NCBI GenBank assembly: GCA_963817895.1
Contig: CAWFQB010000005.1
Span: 64,001 to 128,000, forward strand
DNA length: 64,000 nt
Direction of reading: 5' to 3'
Source of the DNA: an uncultured Chthonomonadaceae bacterium
Lineage (GTDB): Bacteria > Armatimonadota > Chthonomonadetes > Chthonomonadales > Chthonomonadaceae
The notes beneath the pieces were generated by a model. The model was not told the DNA's origin, did not search any database, and saw nothing but the letters and a program-made list of their open reading frames with translations. A program made the translations under genes and the position numbers. This document shows, piece after piece, positions 9,779-18,947 of the stretch (within the stretch, counting starts at the first letter, position 1; every line of letters starts with the position of its first letter).

Positions 9779-11356
9779 GTGAGATCGCGCATACTCATCG
9801 GCCTGATTATGGGAACCATTGGCGGGTTCCTCGGATGGCTGTTACAGGAAAATCTAATACATGGTGCGGGCGGCTACCGCGTGGAGCAGGACTTGCTCAA
9901 CGGGAGCGTCCACGCCATTGAGTTTACGAGTCTGCATATCTGGCTTTTCTGCTGGTGCGTGGGCGGGCTGATCGGCATGTTTCTCGGCGCGGTCGAGGGC
10001 ATTGTGGAGGGCAACGCCCGCAAAATCATGCAGGGCATGATTATCGGCTTTTTCACAGGCGGCATCTTGGGCTTTGTCGGCTACAACTTCGGCGGGCTGC
10101 TGTTCAAGATGTTGGGCGGGTCGAATTACGTCGGGCGCGACGAGGGTATGGGCGCATTCGCCAAACAGGTGATCGCGCGCTCGTTCGGCTGGTGTCTGCT
10201 TGGATTGGGTATGGGCGTAGGCGCGGCCCTGCCAACCCGTTCCGCTGCCCGTATTCGCAATGGCGCAATCGGCGGATTTTTGGGCGGATTTTTGGGCGGT
10301 TTCGTGTTTGAAATGGTCGGCCCCCTGTCCAATCAGATTCAGGCGGGCGTGGGCGGGGCCGGGGCGCGGGAAGTGGGCGGGCCGGGGCGGGCTATCGGCA
10401 TTACGGCTATCGGTGGCCTGACCGGGTTCTTTATCGGGCTGGTCGAGGAGTGGCTGAAGCAGGCGTGGGTGAAAGTGCTGGCCGGACGCAATGAGGGCAA
10501 AGATTTTATTCTGTCCAAGCCGGTCAACATTCTGGGCCGGGACGAGCGTAGCGACGTGCCACTGTTCGGCGATAATACCGTTGGTATTCAACACGCGGCC
10601 ATTCGCACGGACGGCTACCGGCATCATCTTATGGACGCGGGCAGTCCGATGGGAACGCTCGTCAACGGGCAGCCCGTCGGTCAGGGCGGAGAACTGCTGC
10701 TGCGCGACGGCGACATGATTCAAATCGGCAACCATCGTATTCTGTTTCGGGAAAAGGCCACGCAAAACCGCGTCGCGCCCTCGCCGGTAGATGCGCCCCG
10801 CGCCCGCCCCGCCGGTCCGAGCGGTACGCCCATGCCTGCCCATTTATGCCCATTCTGCGGCGGCGCGAAAGACGCGGCAGGCAACTGTCTGTGTACTCCG
10901 GCAGGCGGCAATAATGGTCAGTGGTCAGGGGCCAGTGGTCAGAACCCCCAATACTCGACCCCCAATGCCCAATATCCTCCTATGGGCGGCTTCGAGAACA
11001 TGAACGGCCAACCGGTAGACTATATGGGAGCCGCAGTCTACCAGCCACCAGTCGCCAGTCACCAACTGCCAGCCGGTCGTCTAATCGGCATGGAGGGCGC
11101 GACGGCGGGGCAGGTATTTGCCATTGCAAGCCCGAATATGACGTTAGGGCGCGAAGTAGGGCGCGATATTGTGGTGCAGGGCGATACAACCGTGTCCCGT
11201 ACCCATGCGCGACTGGGCAACGAAAACGGCGTGTTCATGGTGTATGACAACAACTCCGCGAATGGCACATTCGTCAACGGCGTCCGTGTCCAGATGCAGG
11301 CGCTCGCGCCGGGAGATGTCGTTCAATTCGGCAACAGCAAATTCCGTTTCGAGTAG
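9779..11356 (+). CDS. Polytopic membrane protein with two FHA domains and a Cys4 motif
   Basis: Gly-rich TM helices. FHA1 (LGR..QHA..GTLVNG), CPFC..CLC, FHA2 (LGR..VSRTHA..SANGTFVNG). Confidence 0.85.
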   Translation: MRSRILIGLIMGTIGGFLGWLLQENLIHGAGGYRVEQDLLNGSVHAIEFTSLHIWLFCWCVGGLIGMFLGAVEGIVEGNARKIMQGMIIGFFTGGILGFVGYNFGGLLFKMLGGSNYVGRDEGMGAFAKQVIARSFGWCLLGLGMGVGAALPTRSAARIRNGAIGGFLGGFLGGFVFEMVGPLSNQIQAGVGGAGAREVGGPGRAIGITAIGGLTGFFIGLVEEWLKQAWVKVLAGRNEGKDFILSKPVNILGRDERSDVPLFGDNTVGIQHAAIRTDGYRHHLMDAGSPMGTLVNGQPVGQGGELLLRDGDMIQIGNHRILFREKATQNRVAPSPVDAPRARPAGPSGTPMPAHLCPFCGGAKDAAGNCLCTPAGGNNGQWSGASGQNPQYSTPNAQYPPMGGFENMNGQPVDYMGAAVYQPPVASHQLPAGRLIGMEGATAGQVFAIASPNMTLGREVGRDIVVQGDTTVSRTHARLGNENGVFMVYDNNSANGTFVNGVRVQMQALAPGDVVQFGNSKFRFE

Positions 11357-11365
11357 GAGGCAAGA

Positions 11366-11942
11366 GTGGAGCCGGAGCAGGAACCGTATAGAGAATTGGT
11401 TACAGCCCCGCAAACTGTTGTTGGGTATCATGGCTGTTCGCTAGAAGTAGCGCGACAAATATTAGAACAGCAAAGATTTATACCTTCAACAAAAGCCTAT
11501 GACTGGCTGGGCGAAGGCATCTACTTTTGGGAGTACGCGCCCTATCGCGCCTTACAGTGGGCGCAGGAAAGAAGTACGGTTTCAGATACTTCTGTGGCTG
11601 TAATAGGCGCAACTATTCAGCTTGGTCGTTGTTTGAACTTGCTGGAACGTTGAGTACATGACCTCTTTAGCAGCAGTATATGCGGCCTTCGCCGCATTGG
11701 GAGTAGCAACTCTGCCCCGAAATACCAATCGTGGAGCGCATTATCTGGACCGGTATATCATTGACGCGCATTGTCGAGAAATCGAAGAGGCAGGATTAGC
11801 GCCTGTGCAGACTGTGCGGGGCAGTTTCGCGGAAGGAAGCCCGGTATATGCCGGGTCCAAAATCCTTGACAAGTCACATGTGCAAATAGCGGTTCGAGAT
11901 GCGACGTGTCTCTCCGATTTACATATGGCAAGATGGTCGTAG
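11366..11942 (+). CDS. Conserved hypothetical protein with ADP-ribosyltransferase-like H-Y-Q pattern, one frameshift
   Basis: GYHGCS, YDWLGEGIYFWE, HVQIAVR. Removing one A at ~11647 joins the two ORFs as LNLLDVEYMTSL. Confidence 0.65.
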
Positions 11943-11989
11943 AGAATCAGGCGAGACAGTCAAATTAACGATAGCTAACGGAGAATATT

Positions 11990-12223
11990 ATGAGCCAAAA
12001 AACATGGAATCCGAACAGCCCGGAAGTGAAAGCCGCAATGGTGGAAAAAATACGGCAGATGACGCCGGAAGAAGCGCTGAACTTTTTAGAAGCTGGAGCA
12101 GAAGGGCTGGAGCAAACGGATATGACAGGCAAGTTCCCTGTCGGGCCAAATCGCCCGACCTTGTATAAAGAACATAAGCAGGAACTACAGCCACAACTGG
12201 TTAAAACAGAAGCCGCCGCTTGA
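11990..12223 (+). CDS. Small hypothetical protein, possible partner of the upstream gene
   Basis: GGAGA RBS, 77 aa. Confidence 0.55.
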   Translation: MSQKTWNPNSPEVKAAMVEKIRQMTPEEALNFLEAGAEGLEQTDMTGKFPVGPNRPTLYKEHKQELQPQLVKTEAAA

Positions 12224-12232
12224 TATGGTGTT

Positions 12233-12406
12233 ATGCGTGATCTTACCAATGCGCAGAAAACAGTCGTTGCAGGCGAGGTAAGTAGCCACGCCTGCGCGGA
12301 TGCGCATGAATTTGTATCGGAAGTGTTTGCCAGATTAATGGCGGGGCGAACGTTCAGCAAGGATGTGATACGTTGGTATCGTTCGCGGGAGGGAGTAAAA
12401 CCGTGA
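12233..12406 (+). pseudogene. 57-aa fragment resembling the C-terminus of a zincin-like toxin domain
   Basis: Translated by hand: ...EVSSHACADAHEFVSEVFARLMAG..., resembling S-x-YA-x4-E-F-x-A-E-x-F. No HExxH is present. Confidence 0.4.
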
Positions 12407-12680
12407 TTATTATGACGCAATGCGCTTTTTGCAAGCACTACCGAAGCAATCGGGGGCCAACGGTTCTCTGCGATGCGTTTCCTGAAGGTGTTCCTTTTGC
12501 CATCCTGAATAACGAGGTTGATCATCGCCTTCCTTATAAGGGTGATCATAACGTTCGTTGGGAACAATCCGAAGATACACTGGAGAGCCTCGGCGCGATT
12601 GATTTGTTTAGCGAAACGGGACGACCGGAACCCGCGCTGGCGAAAGCGTCCTGGACAGCAATTTGTTGGCCTGAAAATAT
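12403..12680 (+). CDS. Small Cys/His protein (CxxCxH...CxAFPxGxP...DH..P..GD); 3' end uncertain
   Basis: GTGA overlap with the previous ORF. The called ORF runs into the vWA gene, which suggests an indel. Confidence 0.55.
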
Positions 12681-12694
12681 GAGGAGAAAACAGC

Positions 12695-14113
12695 ATGTCA
12701 GACGACCGCACCCGTATCATCGGGCAGACGGGGATGCCCCTTCCGGGCGGAACCGGGCAAACGCAAATGGGCGCGAACCGTACTCAGATGATGGGAACGC
12801 CGCCGACCGGACGAACCCAAATGGGCGGGCCGGGGACGCCAGGGTTCGATCCGATGCGGACGCAGATGAACATGCCGTCCATGCAGACCGTCGAGTTGGA
12901 GTGCCTTGCCGGGAACCGCTACGCTTACGCGCCCGAAGTAACGCGGGACAACGCTCTTGTCGTCCTGAAAGTCAGCGGGCAGCAGTTGGGACGGCGCGCC
13001 CCCATCAACGTGTGCCTGTGCATTGACCGTTCGGGCAGCATGGAAGGACCGCCCCTCGAATACGTCAAACGCGCCTGCGATTACGTGGTGGACATGCTGG
13101 AGCCGAACGATATACTCAGTATCGTCACGTTCGAGGAGCAGGTAGACGTTCTCATGCCCGCCCGCCGCGTGGTCAACAAGGCGCTGGTCAAGGAGCACAT
13201 TCACCGGCTGGAAGTGGGCAATACGACAAACCTGTACGACGGTTTGATGGCGGGCTGTATGCAGATTGCCAGCGTACAGGCGCAGACGCCCGGTTATGTC
13301 AGCCGCGTTCTGCTGCTCACGGACGGCGAACCAACGGTCGGGCTGAAAGATTATACATCCATTGTGCAGCAAGTCGCGGAGCAGAAGCAAAAGGGAATTT
13401 CCATCACCGCGCTCGGCTTCGGGCAGGAGTACAACGAAGAACTGATGGCCGGTATCGCGCGGCGCAGCGGCGGCAACTACTACTACATTCAGCGTCCCGA
13501 CCTGCTGCCGGAAGTGTTTCGGCGCGAACTGGAAACCCTGATGACCATTGTGGCGAAAAACGTCCGCGTCCGGTTTCAGTTGTCGAAATGGGTGGGCTTG
13601 CGGCAGGTATATGGAGCGCAACCCTCGTTTGGGCCGCGCATGGTGGAAGTGGCGGTTCCCGATCTGGAGCGCGGCACAAGCCGAACCGTTCTGGCGGAAC
13701 TGGAATTCGAGCGGCATCCGCAGGGGACGTTCCGGGTCGCCAAAGTGGAAGCGTACTATGACGACGTAATCAACAACCGCTCGGAACGGATTGCCGCCGA
13801 TTGCGTGTTTGAATTCATACAGGATCGAGGCGCGGTTGCAAATGGCGTAAACCCGATTGTGCGCAGCGAACTGGAACTGGCGCAGGCGTCCTCGAACTTG
13901 CAGCGCACCATGATGGGGATGCGAACGCAGCAGATTACCTCGATGGGAGCCATGACAGAACTGCAAAAAACGCGCACGATTATGATGCAGGCCGGACAAA
14001 CGCAGCAGGTACAACAACTCGATCAGGCCATGCAATCGTTGCGGCAGGGCGGCGGCGATGTGGAAAAAACGCTTATGGGCACGATCATGGAAATAGATCA
14101 GGGCAAGCGTTGA
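12695..14113 (+). CDS. vWA domain protein with a Thr-motif N-terminal tail
   Basis: MIDAS DRSGSM, TNL, LLTDG, LGFG. AGGAG RBS. Confidence 0.9.
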   Translation: MSDDRTRIIGQTGMPLPGGTGQTQMGANRTQMMGTPPTGRTQMGGPGTPGFDPMRTQMNMPSMQTVELECLAGNRYAYAPEVTRDNALVVLKVSGQQLGRRAPINVCLCIDRSGSMEGPPLEYVKRACDYVVDMLEPNDILSIVTFEEQVDVLMPARRVVNKALVKEHIHRLEVGNTTNLYDGLMAGCMQIASVQAQTPGYVSRVLLLTDGEPTVGLKDYTSIVQQVAEQKQKGISITALGFGQEYNEELMAGIARRSGGNYYYIQRPDLLPEVFRRELETLMTIVAKNVRVRFQLSKWVGLRQVYGAQPSFGPRMVEVAVPDLERGTSRTVLAELEFERHPQGTFRVAKVEAYYDDVINNRSERIAADCVFEFIQDRGAVANGVNPIVRSELELAQASSNLQRTMMGMRTQQITSMGAMTELQKTRTIMMQAGQTQQVQQLDQAMQSLRQGGGDVEKTLMGTIMEIDQGKR

Positions 14114-14135
14114 GTAGGAGCAGGATTTCGGCGTA

Positions 14136-14378
14136 ATGAACGTTACTATTGAACTGCCTTCCGAACTGGAAACGCGCCTGCAAGACGCGGCGGACAGGCA
14201 CGGCCTGAATACAAGCGATCTTGCGCCACAGGCCGCGCTGGAATTGCTGATACATGCCGTCAACTGGTGGCCGGAAAATCTGCCGAATGTGGAAGCCCTG
14301 CTGGACGAGGTGGCGTTGAACCTCCGGGCGCAGAGTGAATCAGTGGATAACAAAGAACAAGGAGCGCGCGATGAGTGA
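14136..14378 (+). CDS. Small ribbon-helix-helix-like protein
   Basis: MNVTIELPSELETRLQDAADRHGL, a CopG/antitoxin-like pattern. Confidence 0.55.
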   Translation: MNVTIELPSELETRLQDAADRHGLNTSDLAPQAALELLIHAVNWWPENLPNVEALLDEVALNLRAQSESVDNKEQGARDE

Positions 14379-15684
14379 TGATGCAACCCGTATGATGCCG
14401 CCCGTAAGCCCCACAAGCGCGGGCGGGCAGACTGGAACCTTTGACCGCGCGATGGTTGCCGGAAACGCAACGCAAATGCCGGGAATGGGAGCCACGCAAC
14501 AGATGCCTGCGGGCGCGTCCGACCCGTTCCGAACGCAGATGGGCGGAACCACGACGTGCGCCGTGTGCAAATCCACCACGCCCTTGACCGAAGCGTACTG
14601 CGGAGAGTGCGGCTTTCTGCTCACGTCCGCTGTCGTTGCGGAAAACCTCGAAATTCCACAGGAGGAACCGGCGGCAGCCGAACTCGTGGCCGAGGCGGAC
14701 GGACAGCGGTACAAATTGCGGGCGGGCGTCAACACGCTGGGGCGGCAGGGAACCGATGTGCTGCTCAATGAGGGGACGATTTCGCGCGTTCACGCCCGCA
14801 TTACGGTTGAGGGCAACACGATTACGGTAGAGGATATGGGCAGCTCGAACGGCACGAAAGTGGGCGACCTGCGCATCGGAGCCAATCAGCCCACGCAGGC
14901 CACGCCCGGACAAACCCTGCGCTTCGGCAACTGGCGCGCGGTCCTACAGCTTGGCGGTATGCCCGTGCCTGCTTCTTCAGGAAGCGCGGCGGCAACGCTG
15001 ATGGGCGGCAACAAAACCGTTGCCATGCCTGCCCCCGGTGATAACCGTACCCTTGTCGACGTTCCCAATGCGGGTGTCCCGGCTTCGGGCGAGAATCCGA
15101 CGCAGGTTTATCAGCCGGGAGATTTGAACCCCGCCGATGCGCCGCTTGCCGATATGCGCAACGCGACCATTGTGGAGCCTGCGGTTGCGGACGGCAACAT
15201 TGTCGCGCATCTGACGCCCACGAGCGGGCCGGGAACCGCCATCACCGTAACGGAGGGTTCCCTGTCCATTGGCCGCCGCCCCGCCAACAGCATTGTCATC
15301 AGCAACGACGCCTACATTTCGGGACGCCACGCTTCGCTTGAAACCGACAACACCGGCACGTACCTGACGGATGTTGGCAGCACGAACGGAACCTCGGTCA
15401 ACGGTCAGAAACTGACGGCGGGCGAACGGCAACTGCTGCTAGAGGGCGATGAGGTTCAGCTGGGGCAGACAAAATACGTCTTCGCGCTGAATTACGAGGA
15501 TGCGCCCGCTGTGCCGATTGCCCCTCTCGCCGCTGAAGAACCGCATACGGGCCAGTGGAGCAACCCGGATGGTTCGCCGCCCGGTCAGGAATTTGGAGCG
15601 ATCAACGATCCCGTCTATCCGCCGACTGCGCCGCGTATTCAGGAAGTTTATCATGCGGTAGACAACGAGGTTCCTAATGAGTGA
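14371..15684 (+). CDS. Zinc-ribbon plus double-FHA domain protein
   Basis: CAVC..CGECG; two FHA domains (LGR/ISRVHA/SSNGT and IGR/ISGRHA/STNGT). Confidence 0.9.
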   Translation: MSDDATRMMPPVSPTSAGGQTGTFDRAMVAGNATQMPGMGATQQMPAGASDPFRTQMGGTTTCAVCKSTTPLTEAYCGECGFLLTSAVVAENLEIPQEEPAAAELVAEADGQRYKLRAGVNTLGRQGTDVLLNEGTISRVHARITVEGNTITVEDMGSSNGTKVGDLRIGANQPTQATPGQTLRFGNWRAVLQLGGMPVPASSGSAAATLMGGNKTVAMPAPGDNRTLVDVPNAGVPASGENPTQVYQPGDLNPADAPLADMRNATIVEPAVADGNIVAHLTPTSGPGTAITVTEGSLSIGRRPANSIVISNDAYISGRHASLETDNTGTYLTDVGSTNGTSVNGQKLTAGERQLLLEGDEVQLGQTKYVFALNYEDAPAVPIAPLAAEEPHTGQWSNPDGSPPGQEFGAINDPVYPPTAPRIQEVYHAVDNEVPNE

Positions 15685-16705
15685 TTACGGGCAAGCGACG
15701 AGCATAAATCCCGATCTCGACTCGACGGCGAAATTCGACCGAGCGGAACTGGTGCGGGGCTGGCGGGCTTACGAGGCGCGGCAGCCGCGCGTGATTCCCG
15801 TCGTCAAATTCGGAGCGCGTACCGACATGGGACAGGTGCGCGAAAACAACGAGGACAAGTTCGACTTTTACGAGCCGGAGTCCCCGGAATTGTTGGCGCA
15901 TCGGGGCTGTTTGTACGCGGTTGCGGACGGCATCGGCGGCGCGATGGCGGGGCAGATTGCCAGTGAAATGATGCTGAAAAACGTCATTTCCAACTACTAC
16001 GACAGTCCGGCCTCTGACCTGCAAACGGCGATGCATGACGCCATTGTGCAGACCAATGACCGCATTTTCCATCTGGCGCAGATGATCCCGGAGCGGTCGG
16101 GCATGGGCACGACGCTGGTAGGCGCGATTTTCATTGAGGATCGGGTTGTCATCGCGCAGGTGGGCGACAGCCGCGTGTACCTGATACGCGACGGGCAGAT
16201 TACGCAGGTGACGCATGACCATTCGTGGGTGGAGGAGCAGGTGCGGGCGGGCCTGATGCGCCGTGAAGATGCCGAAATGTCGCCGTTTCGCAACGTGATT
16301 ACGCGCTCAATTGGCGCCGCGGCAACGGTCGTGCCGGATTTTTACGAGGAGCGGGCGCAGGTCGGGGATATATGGGTATTATGTTCGGACGGCCTGACCG
16401 GGCATGTGCAGGAGGGAGAAATCCTGCAAATCGCCGGCAGCCAGTTCCCTTCGGAAGCCGTTCGCCAACTGGTGGAACTCGCCAATGCGCGGGGCGGGCG
16501 CGACAACATCACCGTTTTCGTCGTGTCCGTGCGCGAACTGCTCACGCCCGACGGCCATCTGTACAATTCTCATGCTGAAGATGCCGCTCAATCCCCGGAT
16601 GCTTACGCTTCTCATGGAATGAACGGGCAGAACGAACCACTTCAAGATACGCCTGACGCCGCAGACGCCAATCGGGGTGGCTGGCGGAAACTGTTTGGAC
16701 GTTGA
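15677..16705 (+). CDS. PP2C/Stp1-type Ser/Thr phosphatase
   Basis: RENNED, VADGIGG, GMGTT, VGDSR, CSDGL, GGRDNIT. Confidence 0.95.
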   Translation: MSDYGQATSINPDLDSTAKFDRAELVRGWRAYEARQPRVIPVVKFGARTDMGQVRENNEDKFDFYEPESPELLAHRGCLYAVADGIGGAMAGQIASEMMLKNVISNYYDSPASDLQTAMHDAIVQTNDRIFHLAQMIPERSGMGTTLVGAIFIEDRVVIAQVGDSRVYLIRDGQITQVTHDHSWVEEQVRAGLMRREDAEMSPFRNVITRSIGAAATVVPDFYEERAQVGDIWVLCSDGLTGHVQEGEILQIAGSQFPSEAVRQLVELANARGGRDNITVFVVSVRELLTPDGHLYNSHAEDAAQSPDAYASHGMNGQNEPLQDTPDAADANRGGWRKLFGR

Positions 16706-16772
16706 AAGAGCGGGTTTGGGTGCAGATGCAGTGGCGTATGCCGTATAATGAGAATAAGGGATTTTAGGCGTA

Positions 16773-18932
16773 GTGTTTCAGACGGAGAACCAACCCGGCG
16801 TGAATGGCACGATCATCAAAGGCAAATACCGCATCATGCGGGAAATAGCTCGCAGCAACGACATCGTTTTTGAAGCGATGGATGTTGCGCTGAATCGTCG
16901 TATCGCCCTGAAAGAACTCAATATCGCGCCGGGTATGACGGGACAGGCGAAACGGGAGCGTATCGAGCGGTTCAAGCGTGAGGCGACGGCTGCCGGACGG
17001 CTCAGTCACCCCAACATTGTTACCGTTTACGACCATTGGGAGGAGAATGACCGGCACTTCATCGCGATGGAGTATCTGGACGGTCAAACCCTGCGCGACG
17101 TGATGCAGGTTCGGGGCAAAATTCCTCTCAAAGAAGCGATTGATATTGCCTCACAGATGCTTGCCGCGCTTTCCCACGCCCACGCCAACAAAGTCATTCA
17201 CCGCGACATCAAGCCCGACAACATTTTCATCCTCCCCGGCGGACACGTCAAACTAACGGATTTCGGCATTGCCCGCCTGTCGGAAGAACCCGCATTGACC
17301 AGCAACGGGCAGGTTTTCGGGACACCGAGTTATATGTCGCCCGAACAGATCGAGGGCAAGCACATCGACTCGCGCTCGGACCTGTTTTCGCTTGGCGTCC
17401 TGTTGTACGAGATGCTGGCGGGGCGCAAGCCGTTTACGGGCGACAGCGTTATCAGCATCACGTATGCGATTATGAACGCGCAGCCGCCCGCCCTTGTCGG
17501 CGTTCCGCAGGGCGTGGAGCAGGTAATTCAACGCGCCCTGCAAAAGCGTCCTGACCAGCGCCAGATTTCCGCCGACCAGATGCGGCAGGATTTGCTGTAC
17601 GCCGAGCAGACGCCGCAAGTCTTTCTGTCGAATAGCAACGGTAATTCTTACAATCAGACCGGCATGAACATGCGGCAAACGGGCATGAACAATCCGTATG
17701 GCGCGAACATGCCGGGAGGCGGGGCGGGCTATGCGAACCAGAACATGCCGCCCATGAACCCGATGCAGGGCATGTCGTCTCAGGCTAATTACGGCGGGCA
17801 GAATAGCGGATACGGCCAGAATAACGGGTACGGCAATGCGGGCGGCATGGCGAACGGGGCTTATCCCAACCAGAACATGCCGGGTATGAGCCAGATGCCG
17901 GGTATGACGAACGGCGTTCCGCAGATGCCTGACCCGCAAGCCGGAGCGCAGCCCTGGGCGTGGAACAACGCGGGCGCAAGCCTCACGCGGTCACAAATCA
18001 AGGCTATGAAACGGGCGGCGCAAACGGCTGCCGCGCAGGGCATGAACCCGCAGCAGATCGCCGCCATGTACGGGCAAAACGGGTACGGACAAAGCGGCTA
18101 TGCGCAGAACGGACAGATGCCGCCGCAGAACGCGCCCAACGCCCCCGGCATGTCGCCCTACGCCTCGCCGCCGTTTCCCACCCGCCCCCGCGAACCGCTG
18201 ATTGTCCTGTCCGATGCGGCCCGTTCCAACATTTATGCGGCACTGGTCGCGGTTGTCATTGGATGCGTCCTTGCTTTCGGGGTAGTCTTGTTTATGAACA
18301 ACTACCAGTCTTACAAAGGCACAGTGAGTTCGCAAAAGGTGCATGGATTGATGGAGCAGGGCAGCGCGGCGTACAACAAACAGGATTATGCGGGCGCGGC
18401 GCAGTTCTTTGAGCAGGCATTGGCGGCAAAACCCGGCGCTGCCGACCTGACGAACCTGAACTTGAGTTTAGGCTATGCGTATGTGCAGCTTGCGCGACAG
18501 GCGCATAGCCGGGGCAATGTGTCGGAAGCCATTGACGACTATAACAAGGCCATCGCCTATGCCCCCAACTATCAGGTAGCCCACACCGAACTCGGCATTC
18601 TGAAGGAGGGGGCGCAGGACGCGCCCGGAGCGCGGGCGGAACACGACGCGGCTTCGACCAGCACGGCAACCGAACAGCCGCCCGCCTCGCTGCAAGCCCC
18701 GCCGCCGACCATCAGCAACGACCCGACGCCTCGCGCCGCCGGTATTGACCCTGACCATCTGCTGAAAGACAAGGCCGCGCAAGCGCAGCAGTTTCTAAAT
18801 GAGGGCGATCAATATTTCAAGAATGGCGACTTGAACAACGCTTTGAAGAAATGGCGCGAAGCGAGAGATGCGGCTCCCGGTTTAGATGAGGGTAGTCAGG
18901 CGATACAACGCATCCAGAGATATGAACAATAA
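16773..18932 (+). CDS. Hanks-type Ser/Thr kinase with G/M/N/Q-rich linker, TM helix and C-terminal TPRs
   Basis: ALKE, HRDIKPDN, DFG, GTPSYMSPEQ; TM at ALVAVVIGCVLAFGVVLF; TPR-like helices. Confidence 0.95.
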   Translation: MFQTENQPGVNGTIIKGKYRIMREIARSNDIVFEAMDVALNRRIALKELNIAPGMTGQAKRERIERFKREATAAGRLSHPNIVTVYDHWEENDRHFIAMEYLDGQTLRDVMQVRGKIPLKEAIDIASQMLAALSHAHANKVIHRDIKPDNIFILPGGHVKLTDFGIARLSEEPALTSNGQVFGTPSYMSPEQIEGKHIDSRSDLFSLGVLLYEMLAGRKPFTGDSVISITYAIMNAQPPALVGVPQGVEQVIQRALQKRPDQRQISADQMRQDLLYAEQTPQVFLSNSNGNSYNQTGMNMRQTGMNNPYGANMPGGGAGYANQNMPPMNPMQGMSSQANYGGQNSGYGQNNGYGNAGGMANGAYPNQNMPGMSQMPGMTNGVPQMPDPQAGAQPWAWNNAGASLTRSQIKAMKRAAQTAAAQGMNPQQIAAMYGQNGYGQSGYAQNGQMPPQNAPNAPGMSPYASPPFPTRPREPLIVLSDAARSNIYAALVAVVIGCVLAFGVVLFMNNYQSYKGTVSSQKVHGLMEQGSAAYNKQDYAGAAQFFEQALAAKPGAADLTNLNLSLGYAYVQLARQAHSRGNVSEAIDDYNKAIAYAPNYQVAHTELGILKEGAQDAPGARAEHDAASTSTATEQPPASLQAPPPTISNDPTPRAAGIDPDHLLKDKAAQAQQFLNEGDQYFKNGDLNNALKKWREARDAAPGLDEGSQAIQRIQRYEQ

Positions 18933-18947
18933 CGAGGCAGTCAGCGC

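Noticed and set aside
11651..12223. Selenocysteine or readthrough at TGA 11651 and 12221
   Set aside because: The first is explained by a one-base insertion. The second has no SECIS-like evidence and the two parts look unrelated.
12698..14470. Long antisense ORFs (also 38828..40213 and 52755..54170)
   Set aside because: Shadows of GC-rich genes on the opposite strand, with no motifs.
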